Made by a program: the position numbers and the translations under genes
Source of the DNA: Giardia intestinalis
Taxonomy: Eukaryota
Assembly: GCA_000002435.2 (NCBI GenBank)
Contig: CM018789.1
Length of the DNA stretch: 64,000 bases
Direction: 5' to 3' (one strand)
Part shown: positions 37,201-46,941 of the stretch, one piece after another
How the letters are laid out: each line of letters opens with the position of its first letter
Position numbering within the stretch: position 1 is the stretch's first letter
Notes under the pieces: generated by a model
The model's input: only the letters and a program-made list of their open reading frames with translations
Database searches by the model: none
Told to the model about the DNA's origin: nothing

Positions 37201-40200
37201 TCGAAGGCTATGCGCAAGTTATTTCGTCTTCTGAACACAGATCTTGAGCGTTTTGACAAGGTGATCACAAGTCTCAACAAGAGCCTCCTGCCCCAAGGTA
37301 ATGTGGTTGGAGATCTAGGCACCCTGGCAAATAATCAGTTCGACTTTGATTTCCTTGTGGCAAACGCAGGATTGCACAAAAAGAGGCAGCCTGATGCCGA
37401 GTGGCCGTCCTTCCTAAAAGAGGTTAAGATGGCCATGACTAAGCCAATGGACAATACATCAGAGTTCCACTCTTGCCGCGATCACGATAGCTCTCAGTTC
37501 AGCTCCTTCATATATCCTTTCTCAGGAGACCCTACACTTTTAACTACCTCTTCAGACAGCCATGGTACCCCTCTAACTACGCCCGTCTTTGAATCTGCAA
37601 ACCCAGAGAACCCAATATCTATGATAATGTCTTCCAACGTACTATCAGCACAGAATTTTTCTGATAGTCGCCTAACCAACTTGTATACACACAAGTCTCA
37701 GCTGTTACCAAGCAGTGTCATGGCACCCGAAAACCTGCCTATTCCTGGTCATCAAGCCTTGCTGAAGTCAAAGGTTAGCGACCCAAATCTAAAGACCCTT
37801 ATGACCATAGTTACTCGCAAAACAGAGAGCTTCGACAGCTCTAGCATGAACGTTGACAATGTACTCCCTGTACACTATTTCAAAAGGCGAGCGTATTCGT
37901 ATGTGGACTTTTCGGCAAACAAGCTAGATATACTGTACAGTAAGATAGGCAGGAGGAGCACTGCACGCTTAGGAACAGCCAATCATTCTCTTTCGGAGAA
38001 TAACCAGACGTCTGGAAAGCTAACTGATTGTCTGCGTAACCTCCAAATCAACGAATTGAAAGCCTTTTCGCAAAGTCTAGACAAGAGGCTGCGTAGCAAG
38101 AATGCTAGCCAGCATAAAGCTGATCCAGAATTTAAGCTCAGCAATGCGAACTCCAACTCTGCTAAGTTTTCTCTCCATAGTCATGCAGATGAAGAGGTGG
38201 AGATACCACTCTTGGCGCCCAAGTCTCCTAGCATTGAGTATTCCTCTACCAACGATAGCTGCACTGAATCTTTGCCAGAAACACCTAAATCCGCAGCTTC
38301 ACATCTGCCGATCCATAGGTCTGCGCTTTCGCACCTTTGCCAGTCTGTTTCTCCTTCAAGTGATATCGATAGCAAATCGGACAATACCTATGGCCAGAAC
38401 AAGGATATTTCCCCACCAAACTGCTCGTTCATTAAGGTGAGCAAGACCTTCATTGCAGCTTTACAGGAATCCGATGACTCTATGCACACGCTTTCACTAG
38501 TGAGGGAGAGCGATCAGTCTGCCTCCACCGATGATGCGTCAGATATTCAGTTTAATAAAACTAGCACCAGTCAGCTCAACAATCCTACCGATAGGGCATT
38601 CAGTAGAACATCTGGAGCTTCTGCATATCCATTGCCTGCAGGGCCCTCCACTTATCCAAAAACTGGAACATTGAATCCCCCCAACTTTAATGGATCAATG
38701 CCAACGGATGGCACCTCTAATCCGCCCACTACACTGGACAGCTATTCGTGTCTTTATAAACTTGAAATTGCTAGCGAAAATGATGAGACAGAAAATAGCG
38801 TCCAATCTGTTATACTGTTCAATGGATCGATGCACTTGCCAGACAACAGTGCACAGGATACTGCCCCTGCGTCTATGCTTTCCCAGTTTCGTGGAAATAA
38901 GAGCACTATGGGCGGGAATCCGCGACCCATGGTCTATCAAGCGCCGGATACCCTTGATGGAACTGTGTCGTCGCTATCAATAACTTCTTGCACAGATTCG
39001 CCTCGAAACAAGAGCAAGGCAGCTTCATATAAACCGTCATCTTGTACTGATGGGATGGATGACGATCCTCTCTTCAATCCGATTATCTGGCAGACCAACA
39101 GCTTCATTACCCTCGGAAAGCCAGCGACAGAGAAGCTGAGTACCAGTGCCACGGGACGATCAATTGAGACATCATTCCATGCAATAACCTCACACGCCCT
39201 TAAGGATATAGTAACGACTAGGCCGGCCCCAACACCAGCGTACACTCCCATCAATCTGTCAAACATTAATCAGTACAAGAGTATCGTATACACGACGTTT
39301 GGAGTGGCATTCGACCTTGTTGCACATCCATCTATCTACGCCTCGTCTATGCCCGGGGTTCGCCCCATCTGTTCTTCGTCTTCTTTGCGAGGCGGGCCCT
39401 CTAGCAATAGCAAGCACGACTATGAAGACGCGGCATTCAAAGCCAAAGCAGGATCTACAACAGAAGAAGACCAAGGCTCAAGTGACAGACAAGATGCCAA
39501 CTCTGATGCAGCGCAGGAATCGCTGCTTCAAACACGCAAGAGGCATAGTAAGTTTCTTCACTCCAACTGGCAATCTATGATTTATCTCAAGCGTTGTTCT
39601 CTGAATGCTGCTCTATCCTATATTCAACTATCGGATACCACTGAAGACGAAGAACTGTGCAAGACGTCAGAGCCTCAACTGCCGATTGAAACTGGTCGCC
39701 TAAGACCGCACACTTCAGCCCCAGAGGTTGACACTGAGATCCCAGAGGACTCATCTGCACGCAACTTCTTTGCGTGTGCGCGCTTGAAGAAGATTTATAC
39801 AGGGGAGTTAGAGCAGCCTCAAAGATCCATTAACAAGCCTCGTGGATGGCTACGCTATTCTACTTCTGCGTTCAAGTGGCCGCTCTTCAAACCTTTTCTC
39901 CGTCCACTAACCTGCAAGCCTATTCTTGAGGAGCATGTCTCCTTCCTAATAACTCTTACATCAGGCTACCTTCTGAGGATCTTCTTTGATATTCTTTTCT
40001 ACATTATATTTTTGTTCATGCTCTTTGGGGCACACGAAATAACCGACACCAATCAGCACATCTATCTGTTGTATATTTATGGAAGGCTTTTAACATTTAG
40101 GAATCCCTGCCAACGCAAGCAGCTTTCTACACGCCTAATTAGTGACACGTTTCAGGGATCATCATCCCTTGTGCCCTTTGCAATGAGGTGCAACTTCTCT

Positions 40201-42744
40201 TCTTCGAATTTAGTCCATGTCACAAAACTTGACAGCAATGGTCCCGGATTGGCATCTGTGTTACTCCAAAACCATGCCCAGTTGCATCATTTCCATGCGT
40301 TTATGAGTACCCTCTTGGGCCTACGCATTCTTCTAACGCTGTTTAGAGCACTTATAGCATCAAGGAAATCAAAGCTGGTTGTCTCCACGAAAACTGTGCT
40401 GTTCGGTAGAGTTATGAAAGAGCACCCTATTCTTTATCGGCTGGTGCAAATTACTAGGTGCGTTACCGTTGCTGTTGACGCCGTCTCAAGCTCCATGCTT
40501 ATTCTCACTAGGACCTTTGTCCTCTACGAGTACTTTCGTGGACTCCGAGACTTCACCACAAGTAACTTTGTCTTTTTCTTCTTTCTCATAATAACTACGT
40601 GGAGCAGTATTACCACTGAACTTTCTCCGCTGTGCAACACAAGCACAGGCGCAACGGTCTCGCTCTGCACCCACATATGGGCGAATACTATTTTTCTTCT
40701 TGATGCCACAAATTATTTTGCACCGGTTCTGCGCATATTCACAGAACTAAAATGTGTCTACTTGGCAATCAGCTACTACATTTCCAACATTCTGCAAAAG
40801 ATGGAGCCCACTTATAACGTTTCCAATTCTGCTAATATAGGTTCCTATTTGCAAACAGAGCACATTCGAGATACTGACTACCCCACACTGACCACCTGTG
40901 TCTCACTGCTACCCAATCTTAGGCTTGGAACGCCGCTAAAGGCTATTTGGAATGCCTACCACACTATACGACAAAATTTTCCCAAGCACAACTCGTCTCT
41001 TATAGCTTATCTATCCTGTGCCTTTTCAAAGGCTGGTTTAAGATCTTTGAGGCCTGTCACTTGCCAGACCTTGGACGATGCTCTTGTTCTAGCGCATGAA
41101 TCCCCATCAATACGCAACTTACATTCAGCCATTTATTTTCTATCTATCATTCTCTGTATTGTGCGTGTACTGTTTGGCCAACTGGATCTTTACCACGCGA
41201 TGCTTAACCACGTGGCTCAGGGCATTTCCGCCTACTCAGAGACTAAAAAGGCTATTGGTGTCATCGCATGCAATAAGCTGGAGCGCATATTCTTTGATTG
41301 CTATCTACATAACACCTTCAGTTCGTGCAATGTTCTGACCTACCAAGCAGAGCATCTTCACAGGGGTATCAACATGGACAGGAATCCTGCATATATGGGG
41401 AAGCAGCTCAAGTTAGTTGGAATGGTATCAGATTTAATTTATGACACAGAAGTACAACTTCCGTATGCTACTACAGAGTGTCTTGCTGGTGGACCCCTAA
41501 AACAAAAGGCAAGATTGTCCCTTATGGTGCTCCGTCTCCTGCAAGCCAGGATAGCCTCTATACTATCCAAAAGAGGCCGTGACCATGGTGCAGAGGCAGA
41601 GCATAAAGTTACCACTGTAACGGGGAAGACGACAAAGAGATCTGTGCGCTACTTGCGTTCTCCCTCTGTCCCCAGGCGTGCGGCAGTCTCAGCAACTCCG
41701 CCGGATAAGAAAATCACCTCTGTCACATCATTTGCAAACATGCATGATTGCTATGACATAGCCAAGTCTTTAGAGTCATTACTTAAAGAGAGGTCTGGCG
41801 ATAGTAGTGTACAATTCTCACGTGTGTACTCCGACGAGGAGCTGCATCAGATTGTCAGACGGTCCAAATTCTCCTCTTGGAGAAAGTACGCCCTATTTCG
41901 ATCCTGTTATAATTCGTGCAACTTCACCTTTAGATACTTGTATGACTTGGACACGCTTAGGCTAATACTAGCAAGCAAATTCTCTATGAAGATATGTGAT
42001 GAAAATATGTATCCTCTGAAGCCAGACACGGTATTTGAACCATACTACTCCAAAACGCTTGCCGGAGTCTTGCGGGCGCTACTTGTGTACGACGATAGAC
42101 GCTTCAATAGTATGCCCTCCCCATTCCTCTTCATTCCACCGTCTTACATGCTCTGCATTACCATCACAGAGCTCTATGATGCGATTGTTGAGGAGGGTGC
42201 GCACATTACCCTGCTTAAATATATGACTCTTCTCAAGATAATCAACGATACGGTAGTACGCGACTCCAACCTACTCTATGTGCAGAAAGACTTTAGCTTC
42301 TATATAATCTACAACACTCCACACTTGTCCCAGTTCTCCTCCATACACAATGTCAGTGACCCCATGGATTGCTATGTTGCAATCTTTTACTTGTGTAAGA
42401 TTGCCTATAGCATAAGAAAGTCTTTCCTCTGGGAGCTTGAGAAGCGCTTCTACACGCAGACCTTCAAGGTCTTCGGGTATATTAACTTGCATCATGAGCT
42501 GAACCTTTGCCTCGTCGGACGACGCCTCAACCGGCTCGACATTCTCGATACCACAGCTCTCCACGAGCGCGTCAGGAGCATGTCACTCATCTGTGGACCG
42601 TTTGACGTTGTCCTCCAGGATGAACTGTATAAGGTAGCTAAGGAGGTTTATAGAATGAGCGCTAGCACACGCCGCATGCTGAATATCGAAATAGACGAGA
42701 CTGGAATATATAAGAAGCTGCTAAATATCACTGAAGGTATTTAG
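34249..42744 (+). CDS. giant multi-pass membrane protein with degenerate nucleotidyl-cyclase-like domains (paralog of 21330..30077)
   Basis: 2831 aa, ATG verified. N-terminal TM cluster then 'TIKVIAGNSFTQY' and 'LRVDSVITFGDLAIGFLGSQHMSCYEVFGAPVALATKLHE' (compare RIGIHSGPVVAGVIG...YDIWGNTVNVASRMES; C1-like, lacking Asn/Arg). Long S/T-rich linker, second TM cluster, C-terminal 'FGYINLHHELNLCLVGRRLNRLDILDTTALHERVRSMS'. Confidence 0.6.
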   Translation: MLLNLNGDSFGADRDGICVHFVHQIRRKNAAYAIQILSLSVSLILSLVVAISQQTAVQSLRFLVATTLVMVLHACFIIFTENYYDVRCQCTSEYHSIRSFTLMDKPCSCFTTTVPTTINMLNTFGCLFSLWYLLVLKIYATGDFFVSVYALLSSYLIVSFPAVVGRQGYLHRGVRTGTFLIFMFALVKVLNGSTLLILLISIFLITIVSSRFSFEQLNRRPLQLIMDSQALQLLSKQFIAKTFANLLPHRALDYIFQDKDIKLQVHADMYLLVINIDIPCLRKKLQKYMYAATNTHTKPASNNISFSPLTDCYINHIIASVVNQFISCIDTILLDDFPQLTKVYSNLSTIKVIAGNSFTQYNNRQSPQGVEFGAESVEPKDYMKILSTFALLVSRCAGIFALRVDSVITFGDLAIGFLGSQHMSCYEVFGAPVALATKLHEKIVAYNQETIRQSDSSAASNTQSYESGRDWSRSTTSTNSDSFVSSNHNAVATDDTRDKPYGHSSKTPSTKCSLSLSKDSLLSSHDHVPLYLDVARSSLDNEPIHSVVNGIKTGAGLKANLFSASNMSFSQAYHSVAEPTVEFNELPSNVYFSVVNMLSRPLEEYGNRGTEGSDTITSDVICSDAFSDDPQPLTNADLESSMNFRRFLAARRGNTRSAIYSRRRSVIKALNTTTSPTDDAFPQKLISLHQNPDSSVSMHSKHRLRSHSSTTPQTMPLNSTFFYSSSSTNSMRLWSPKNLKIDAIYVNNALSQLTYPYSTKTPSPNFQEVCDMKVSVFQVSLDGLSTTPLSIEYPSRITHKYRNFLFYKPPLYMFYDSIKLTLPGSSLSSNSSTSSSSHHSLGILSFTNHNYSLIVCLLAFGIKHRILVSEQNAATKANLGEHRDIDLKEYPSLSINKSIDTSIGETLTSSQTTHDTFSLSECTDTMVSNASMQKGEGSPKCECWDADSSYQLLLQTEDLILRAKDPKSSGYRALRMLDSIPIYNSKAMRKLFRLLNTDLERFDKVITSLNKSLLPQGNVVGDLGTLANNQFDFDFLVANAGLHKKRQPDAEWPSFLKEVKMAMTKPMDNTSEFHSCRDHDSSQFSSFIYPFSGDPTLLTTSSDSHGTPLTTPVFESANPENPISMIMSSNVLSAQNFSDSRLTNLYTHKSQLLPSSVMAPENLPIPGHQALLKSKVSDPNLKTLMTIVTRKTESFDSSSMNVDNVLPVHYFKRRAYSYVDFSANKLDILYSKIGRRSTARLGTANHSLSENNQTSGKLTDCLRNLQINELKAFSQSLDKRLRSKNASQHKADPEFKLSNANSNSAKFSLHSHADEEVEIPLLAPKSPSIEYSSTNDSCTESLPETPKSAASHLPIHRSALSHLCQSVSPSSDIDSKSDNTYGQNKDISPPNCSFIKVSKTFIAALQESDDSMHTLSLVRESDQSASTDDASDIQFNKTSTSQLNNPTDRAFSRTSGASAYPLPAGPSTYPKTGTLNPPNFNGSMPTDGTSNPPTTLDSYSCLYKLEIASENDETENSVQSVILFNGSMHLPDNSAQDTAPASMLSQFRGNKSTMGGNPRPMVYQAPDTLDGTVSSLSITSCTDSPRNKSKAASYKPSSCTDGMDDDPLFNPIIWQTNSFITLGKPATEKLSTSATGRSIETSFHAITSHALKDIVTTRPAPTPAYTPINLSNINQYKSIVYTTFGVAFDLVAHPSIYASSMPGVRPICSSSSLRGGPSSNSKHDYEDAAFKAKAGSTTEEDQGSSDRQDANSDAAQESLLQTRKRHSKFLHSNWQSMIYLKRCSLNAALSYIQLSDTTEDEELCKTSEPQLPIETGRLRPHTSAPEVDTEIPEDSSARNFFACARLKKIYTGELEQPQRSINKPRGWLRYSTSAFKWPLFKPFLRPLTCKPILEEHVSFLITLTSGYLLRIFFDILFYIIFLFMLFGAHEITDTNQHIYLLYIYGRLLTFRNPCQRKQLSTRLISDTFQGSSSLVPFAMRCNFSSSNLVHVTKLDSNGPGLASVLLQNHAQLHHFHAFMSTLLGLRILLTLFRALIASRKSKLVVSTKTVLFGRVMKEHPILYRLVQITRCVTVAVDAVSSSMLILTRTFVLYEYFRGLRDFTTSNFVFFFFLIITTWSSITTELSPLCNTSTGATVSLCTHIWANTIFLLDATNYFAPVLRIFTELKCVYLAISYYISNILQKMEPTYNVSNSANIGSYLQTEHIRDTDYPTLTTCVSLLPNLRLGTPLKAIWNAYHTIRQNFPKHNSSLIAYLSCAFSKAGLRSLRPVTCQTLDDALVLAHESPSIRNLHSAIYFLSIILCIVRVLFGQLDLYHAMLNHVAQGISAYSETKKAIGVIACNKLERIFFDCYLHNTFSSCNVLTYQAEHLHRGINMDRNPAYMGKQLKLVGMVSDLIYDTEVQLPYATTECLAGGPLKQKARLSLMVLRLLQARIASILSKRGRDHGAEAEHKVTTVTGKTTKRSVRYLRSPSVPRRAAVSATPPDKKITSVTSFANMHDCYDIAKSLESLLKERSGDSSVQFSRVYSDEELHQIVRRSKFSSWRKYALFRSCYNSCNFTFRYLYDLDTLRLILASKFSMKICDENMYPLKPDTVFEPYYSKTLAGVLRALLVYDDRRFNSMPSPFLFIPPSYMLCITITELYDAIVEEGAHITLLKYMTLLKIINDTVVRDSNLLYVQKDFSFYIIYNTPHLSQFSSIHNVSDPMDCYVAIFYLCKIAYSIRKSFLWELEKRFYTQTFKVFGYINLHHELNLCLVGRRLNRLDILDTTALHERVRSMSLICGPFDVVLQDELYKVAKEVYRMSASTRRMLNIEIDETGIYKKLLNITEGI

Positions 42745-42769
42745 TGCAACTAGTACAACTAGTGCAACT
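42745..42769. repeat. three tandem 9-mers (tgcaactag / tacaactag / tgcaact)
   Basis: Lies directly after the TAG stop of the 2831-aa gene, in the 72-bp spacer before the ankyrin gene. Confidence 0.5.
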
Positions 42770-42816
42770 CTTTTATATGCTGGATGATACCCGGATGGCT
42801 TGTACAATTTAAAAAA

Positions 42817-43992
42817 ATGGCCTCAAGAATAAAGACAGGGGAACAGTGGCTAGAGCTAGTGAACGATGGAAACGTTCCTCTTGTGAAGGCTCTTGCCAAA
42901 AAGTTTAGCGGGATCATGGATGAAAATGGCAACACTGCGTTGATCCTGGCGGTGAAGAAGGATCAGCTGAAGATGATCCCCATCTTGGCCCCCCTTGAGG
43001 CCCGGAAGAAGGATGTTGATGGCTACACGGCACTAATGCATGCAGTAAAGGCTGGCAATGCAAAAGCATGCGAGCTCCTAGCTTCCGCAGAGTACATGGA
43101 CACCCTTGAGGATGGATGCAATGCACTCATGCTCTCCCTAGAACGTGAGATGCTAGACGTGACGCAGATCCTTCTACCCTACTTTGACCTATCTCCGGAT
43201 TCTAACGGATTGACTCCCATTGACTACGCAATATACAACAAGAATTATGAGGGGATCAATCTTCTCCTAAGCAAGTACAATCCTGCCCCTGAAACGCTTC
43301 AGCAAAGCTTGAAAAGTGCACAGGATCAAGGCCACCAGGAGGCGATTACTATTCTCACTACGCACTGCTCTACATACCAGCCAGACCCGGCCTCGGAGGA
43401 GGTCTCTGACTCGAAATCTGATACTAGCAGCCTGAGAGGCTCCAAGAAGCTCAAAGTTAAATCTATAAAACCAGCAAAGCCGTCGAAGAAGGATAAAGCC
43501 AAGGGGTCCAATACCAGCTCTATGAATAACTCCATGATTGATTCTGCTGATAATCAGACTCCTGTGTGTGCCAACCTAGATGCGAATGAGCTAATACTTC
43601 CACTAGACAGCAATCTGGCAGCATCTAGCGAGTCTTTGTACGTAAATCGCATCCCCACTCCCACATATGAAGAGTGCTGTATGGACAGTGCCCCCATAGT
43701 TTTTGCTAGGATGCGCCAAGGCCTGGCTGAGGCTGCTACAACTCCCTCGGCGGCAAATGTCACCCAGCTCTATCAGCAAATTGCAGAGCTAGAGGCAGAG
43801 AATGCCAAACTCAGGGACGAAAATGCTAAGCTCAAAGCTGGGATGAATGCCAGCTTGGCCGGATCTGTCATTTCGTCATCGCGCCTTCAGGACCAAGTCG
43901 TTGAGTTGGTCAATAAACTGAGCCATACCAATGAGCGTTTGATTGAGACTATAGCCATGTCTGAGTCATTGACCAGCGTACCGGGTCTGTGA
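42817..43992 (+). CDS. ankyrin-repeat plus coiled-coil protein (Giardia protein 21.1 type)
   Basis: Ankyrin repeats 'NGNTALILAVKK...', 'DGYTALMHAVKAGN', 'DGCNALMLSLE', then coiled coil 'QLYQQIAELEAENAKLRDENAKLKAG'. Preferred start is ATG 42817 in the 'tttaaaaaaATG' context; the upstream in-frame ATG at 42784 is possible. Confidence 0.7.
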   Translation: MASRIKTGEQWLELVNDGNVPLVKALAKKFSGIMDENGNTALILAVKKDQLKMIPILAPLEARKKDVDGYTALMHAVKAGNAKACELLASAEYMDTLEDGCNALMLSLEREMLDVTQILLPYFDLSPDSNGLTPIDYAIYNKNYEGINLLLSKYNPAPETLQQSLKSAQDQGHQEAITILTTHCSTYQPDPASEEVSDSKSDTSSLRGSKKLKVKSIKPAKPSKKDKAKGSNTSSMNNSMIDSADNQTPVCANLDANELILPLDSNLAASSESLYVNRIPTPTYEECCMDSAPIVFARMRQGLAEAATTPSAANVTQLYQQIAELEAENAKLRDENAKLKAGMNASLAGSVISSSRLQDQVVELVNKLSHTNERLIETIAMSESLTSVPGL

Positions 43993-44015
43993 TGACCCTG
44001 CAATCTTCGACGAAT

Positions 44016-46931
44016 TCAATTGATTGTCGAAGGCACCTGCCATAGTAAATACTTCATCCCAGGCTCCACCATCCTTCTGCCGGTATGCTGGACCGGGCCC
44101 TTCCTGGCCTCGTTAGTAGGTAGTGTGTTTGTACGAAGGGCAGATAAGTCGCTATCTGACATGTCCATCAAGTCCTCTAAGGCAGTGCGTGACAGGATAA
44201 GTCGGTTTGGATCGCATCCTACTCCTACCTCATTAACGGTATTGCGCTGCGTGGCTGACGAAAATGCTCCTGGCCCTTCAATAACTGAAAAGCTTGAGGT
44301 CTGTAAGGTTGACGGAGCACGACGACCCCTAAGCTGCATGTATGAGGAACGGCTAACTGCAGTACCACGGCCTTTTGACGTATAGCCGATTAGTTTCAGT
44401 GTCTCAAAAGCAGAAGATATTGCAGCATCGTTTCTGCTCCCTTCTTCAAATCCCGGAAGTCGCGGTGTGAAAGGCTTGGCCTCAAGTGCTTGTGGCAAAG
44501 AGGTATTACTGCTAAGAAGATCCAAACTATTGCATAGACCCTGTGAACCTTTGCTGGAGCCTCGCGTAGACGGAGGACTGATACGTAAATACTCAGGTAC
44601 ATGAGGTGTATTCGGAGGCTGCATACATGACGTTTGGCGCCCACTAGTGATGGTATAACTAGGCGAGGAAGCTCCAGTTGAAGCTGTGAGGCTGGGCAAT
44701 TGTGGCTGGAGTTCTAGAGGAGGTAGGAACGGTTTTTCTCCAGACATTTCCACAAGATTAGTGTGCTCCTCATGTGATAGTGACACTGCTTCTTCTTTGA
44801 TAGCATTGTTAGGAAATGCTACGACTCGAAGTTGAGGAAGATTCAGTACCTGTATCTGCTCAACGCTCACTAAGGGAGCAGTAGAACTAGGCACCTCATC
44901 CTCTTGTGTCATGGTATCCGCAGGGACCGAAGTTCCTGATGCAGGATCTTGCAAGGGTGCTAGTGGCAACGTGTCGAGCTTCTCTATGATATCCTCTTTG
45001 GGGGGTAGAGCACTAGTGGTAGTCGGCTTTTTATTTTTACTTTTACGTAATTGTGCAAAGCGTTCAGTACCTAGACGAGATTGATTCTTTGATAGAGGAT
45101 TGTCGGAGATTTGAAGTGTCGATGGCAACGGATTCCGCCGCATAACATCATTAGAAAGAGAGCTAAGTGGCTCATTAGATAAAGCCACAGAGCAATCTCT
45201 TATAAAGTCTGACACATTCGATAAGAAGGCGCCAAAATTGTTGTACGCATTCTCTATGCCGTAAGTGCGCCGCATGTGATTCAGGCTATCAAGAAAAGCA
45301 TCATCCTTGTCATCATAGGAGGAGCCTTCCTCGCCTATCTTTGATTCTAGCTGTCGATTATCCTCAAGATCCTCTTCGAATACGGTGCCATCCTCTCCTG
45401 TTCTATAAATAGCAATATCATTAGACAAAGGTACTAAGGGCGCTAGTGCAAGAGCGTTGCTGATCACGTTATTAGAAAGCTCGTCAGAAAGACTATCTTT
45501 TGTGGGCTCCGCCTGGCTTTCGACTACTGTCTTACTAGGTCTGCTTTGTGACTCCAAACTGTCTTCTGAAATAACATTGCTAGCCAGTAGCTCATTTTTC
45601 ACTGTGTCTGTTACTAAATTCAAGTGTTGTTTTACACAAGCACTCGATACGTTATGCTGTTCAGTAGCTCGGCTGGTTATATCATCTCCATTAAAGCTAA
45701 GTTGCTTGGAAGGGTTAGGAACACAGCACTCCTCCGCCAAATGCTCCACTTGTTGCTTTCCCACTATTCTAGATGGTTCTTCTTGCTTGCTCAGGCGATT
45801 GAATGGTCTCCTTGCATTAATGTGTGGCACAGTGGGTGCTAATCTCTGCTCTGTCACTCCGATGACTAGCTCACTCCCAACACCAGAAATGAGAAGGCTA
45901 TTCTTGGTAGCGAGAGTGCTATCAGCGTCAGTTGTCATAGTCCAGCAATCCACAAGGTCTACATCTTTCAATACTCGTGCATTCCTCTCTGGCATGATCG
46001 TGGCGCCCTTACTGCTAGAGTGTAACATGTGTCTTTCTGGAAGAAGATATGACTGAACAATCAAGGGAGCAGAACAGGGCGCTGTTGTATCTCGTGACAA
46101 AGGCGTGATTCTACTTAGCGCAATCTTATTCTGAGAGTTGATCGCAAAGTTCTCTTCTATAGATCTATTGCATGATGTCAATAGGTCTCCAATGTGTAAA
46201 TCTGCTTCTGCGGGTCCATCAGTGGATGCTGAGCCAATGAAGGACTGGGTGGATAAGGCTGTTGCAGGTTCATTTGGATCTCCTGTGTTATCTGCTACTT
46301 GGCCAGCAAATGTCCCTAGCTCTACTTCAGGTCTGTCGTTGGGGTCTGGGTCACAGGTATCTACTTGAGAGAGCGGTGTATCTATATTGCCTAGCTCCAA
46401 TCTATCATAACATCTATTAGAGACTTGGAGTGGCGAATTATCGAAGTAATGCCTGCACTCCAGCCTTGACTCAGTGTGACCTTGGCATAATATAGCATTA
46501 GAGGAATAGCTAGTAGATAGTGACATGGCACCACCGAAGGGCTGTGATAAGGCTCTACCAGTTGAAACAAAGGATGGCTTCCCTTCAAATGCCCTTGAGT
46601 CTTGCTTTGTCTCGTGCCGAGTGTTACCGTAAGAAAAGGTCTCCTGATGTGATCCGCACGATGCAGCACGACTGAAAGGCACAACTGACTGAACAGGTGG
46701 TCTAGCATTCGGGGTGACTGGTATCTTCTTTTGAGTATGACGAGAAGCTATTAGAGATTGTAACTCCTGCTTAACCAGCTGTATATCGGAAAGGTATCTC
46801 CGTTTCCCATTGAGCTCAAGAACGGTGGGTAAAGGAGTTGACAATTGAGTTTCTGTAAGAGGGTAGGGAGCTCGCTTTTTAAAGGTCGCTGTTATCCCAT
46901 GTTCTTTAAATTGTGCCTCAGTAGTGTACAT
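44016..46931 (-). CDS. large Ser/Thr-rich hypothetical protein
   Basis: 971 aa, ATG verified. Low complexity, no domain recognised. Convergent with the ankyrin gene (23-bp spacer). Confidence 0.55.
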   Translation of the reverse strand: MYTTEAQFKEHGITATFKKRAPYPLTETQLSTPLPTVLELNGKRRYLSDIQLVKQELQSLIASRHTQKKIPVTPNARPPVQSVVPFSRAASCGSHQETFSYGNTRHETKQDSRAFEGKPSFVSTGRALSQPFGGAMSLSTSYSSNAILCQGHTESRLECRHYFDNSPLQVSNRCYDRLELGNIDTPLSQVDTCDPDPNDRPEVELGTFAGQVADNTGDPNEPATALSTQSFIGSASTDGPAEADLHIGDLLTSCNRSIEENFAINSQNKIALSRITPLSRDTTAPCSAPLIVQSYLLPERHMLHSSSKGATIMPERNARVLKDVDLVDCWTMTTDADSTLATKNSLLISGVGSELVIGVTEQRLAPTVPHINARRPFNRLSKQEEPSRIVGKQQVEHLAEECCVPNPSKQLSFNGDDITSRATEQHNVSSACVKQHLNLVTDTVKNELLASNVISEDSLESQSRPSKTVVESQAEPTKDSLSDELSNNVISNALALAPLVPLSNDIAIYRTGEDGTVFEEDLEDNRQLESKIGEEGSSYDDKDDAFLDSLNHMRRTYGIENAYNNFGAFLSNVSDFIRDCSVALSNEPLSSLSNDVMRRNPLPSTLQISDNPLSKNQSRLGTERFAQLRKSKNKKPTTTSALPPKEDIIEKLDTLPLAPLQDPASGTSVPADTMTQEDEVPSSTAPLVSVEQIQVLNLPQLRVVAFPNNAIKEEAVSLSHEEHTNLVEMSGEKPFLPPLELQPQLPSLTASTGASSPSYTITSGRQTSCMQPPNTPHVPEYLRISPPSTRGSSKGSQGLCNSLDLLSSNTSLPQALEAKPFTPRLPGFEEGSRNDAAISSAFETLKLIGYTSKGRGTAVSRSSYMQLRGRRAPSTLQTSSFSVIEGPGAFSSATQRNTVNEVGVGCDPNRLILSRTALEDLMDMSDSDLSALRTNTLPTNEARKGPVQHTGRRMVEPGMKYLLWQVPSTIN

Positions 46932-46941
46932 AAATTAATTT
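46932..46941. promoter_or_regulatory. 10-bp AT-rich spacer shared by two divergent start codons (bidirectional initiator)
   Basis: CAT-aaattaattt-ATG, so the two ATGs are 10 bp apart. Matches Giardia-type AT-rich initiators and minimal 5'UTRs. Confidence 0.4.
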
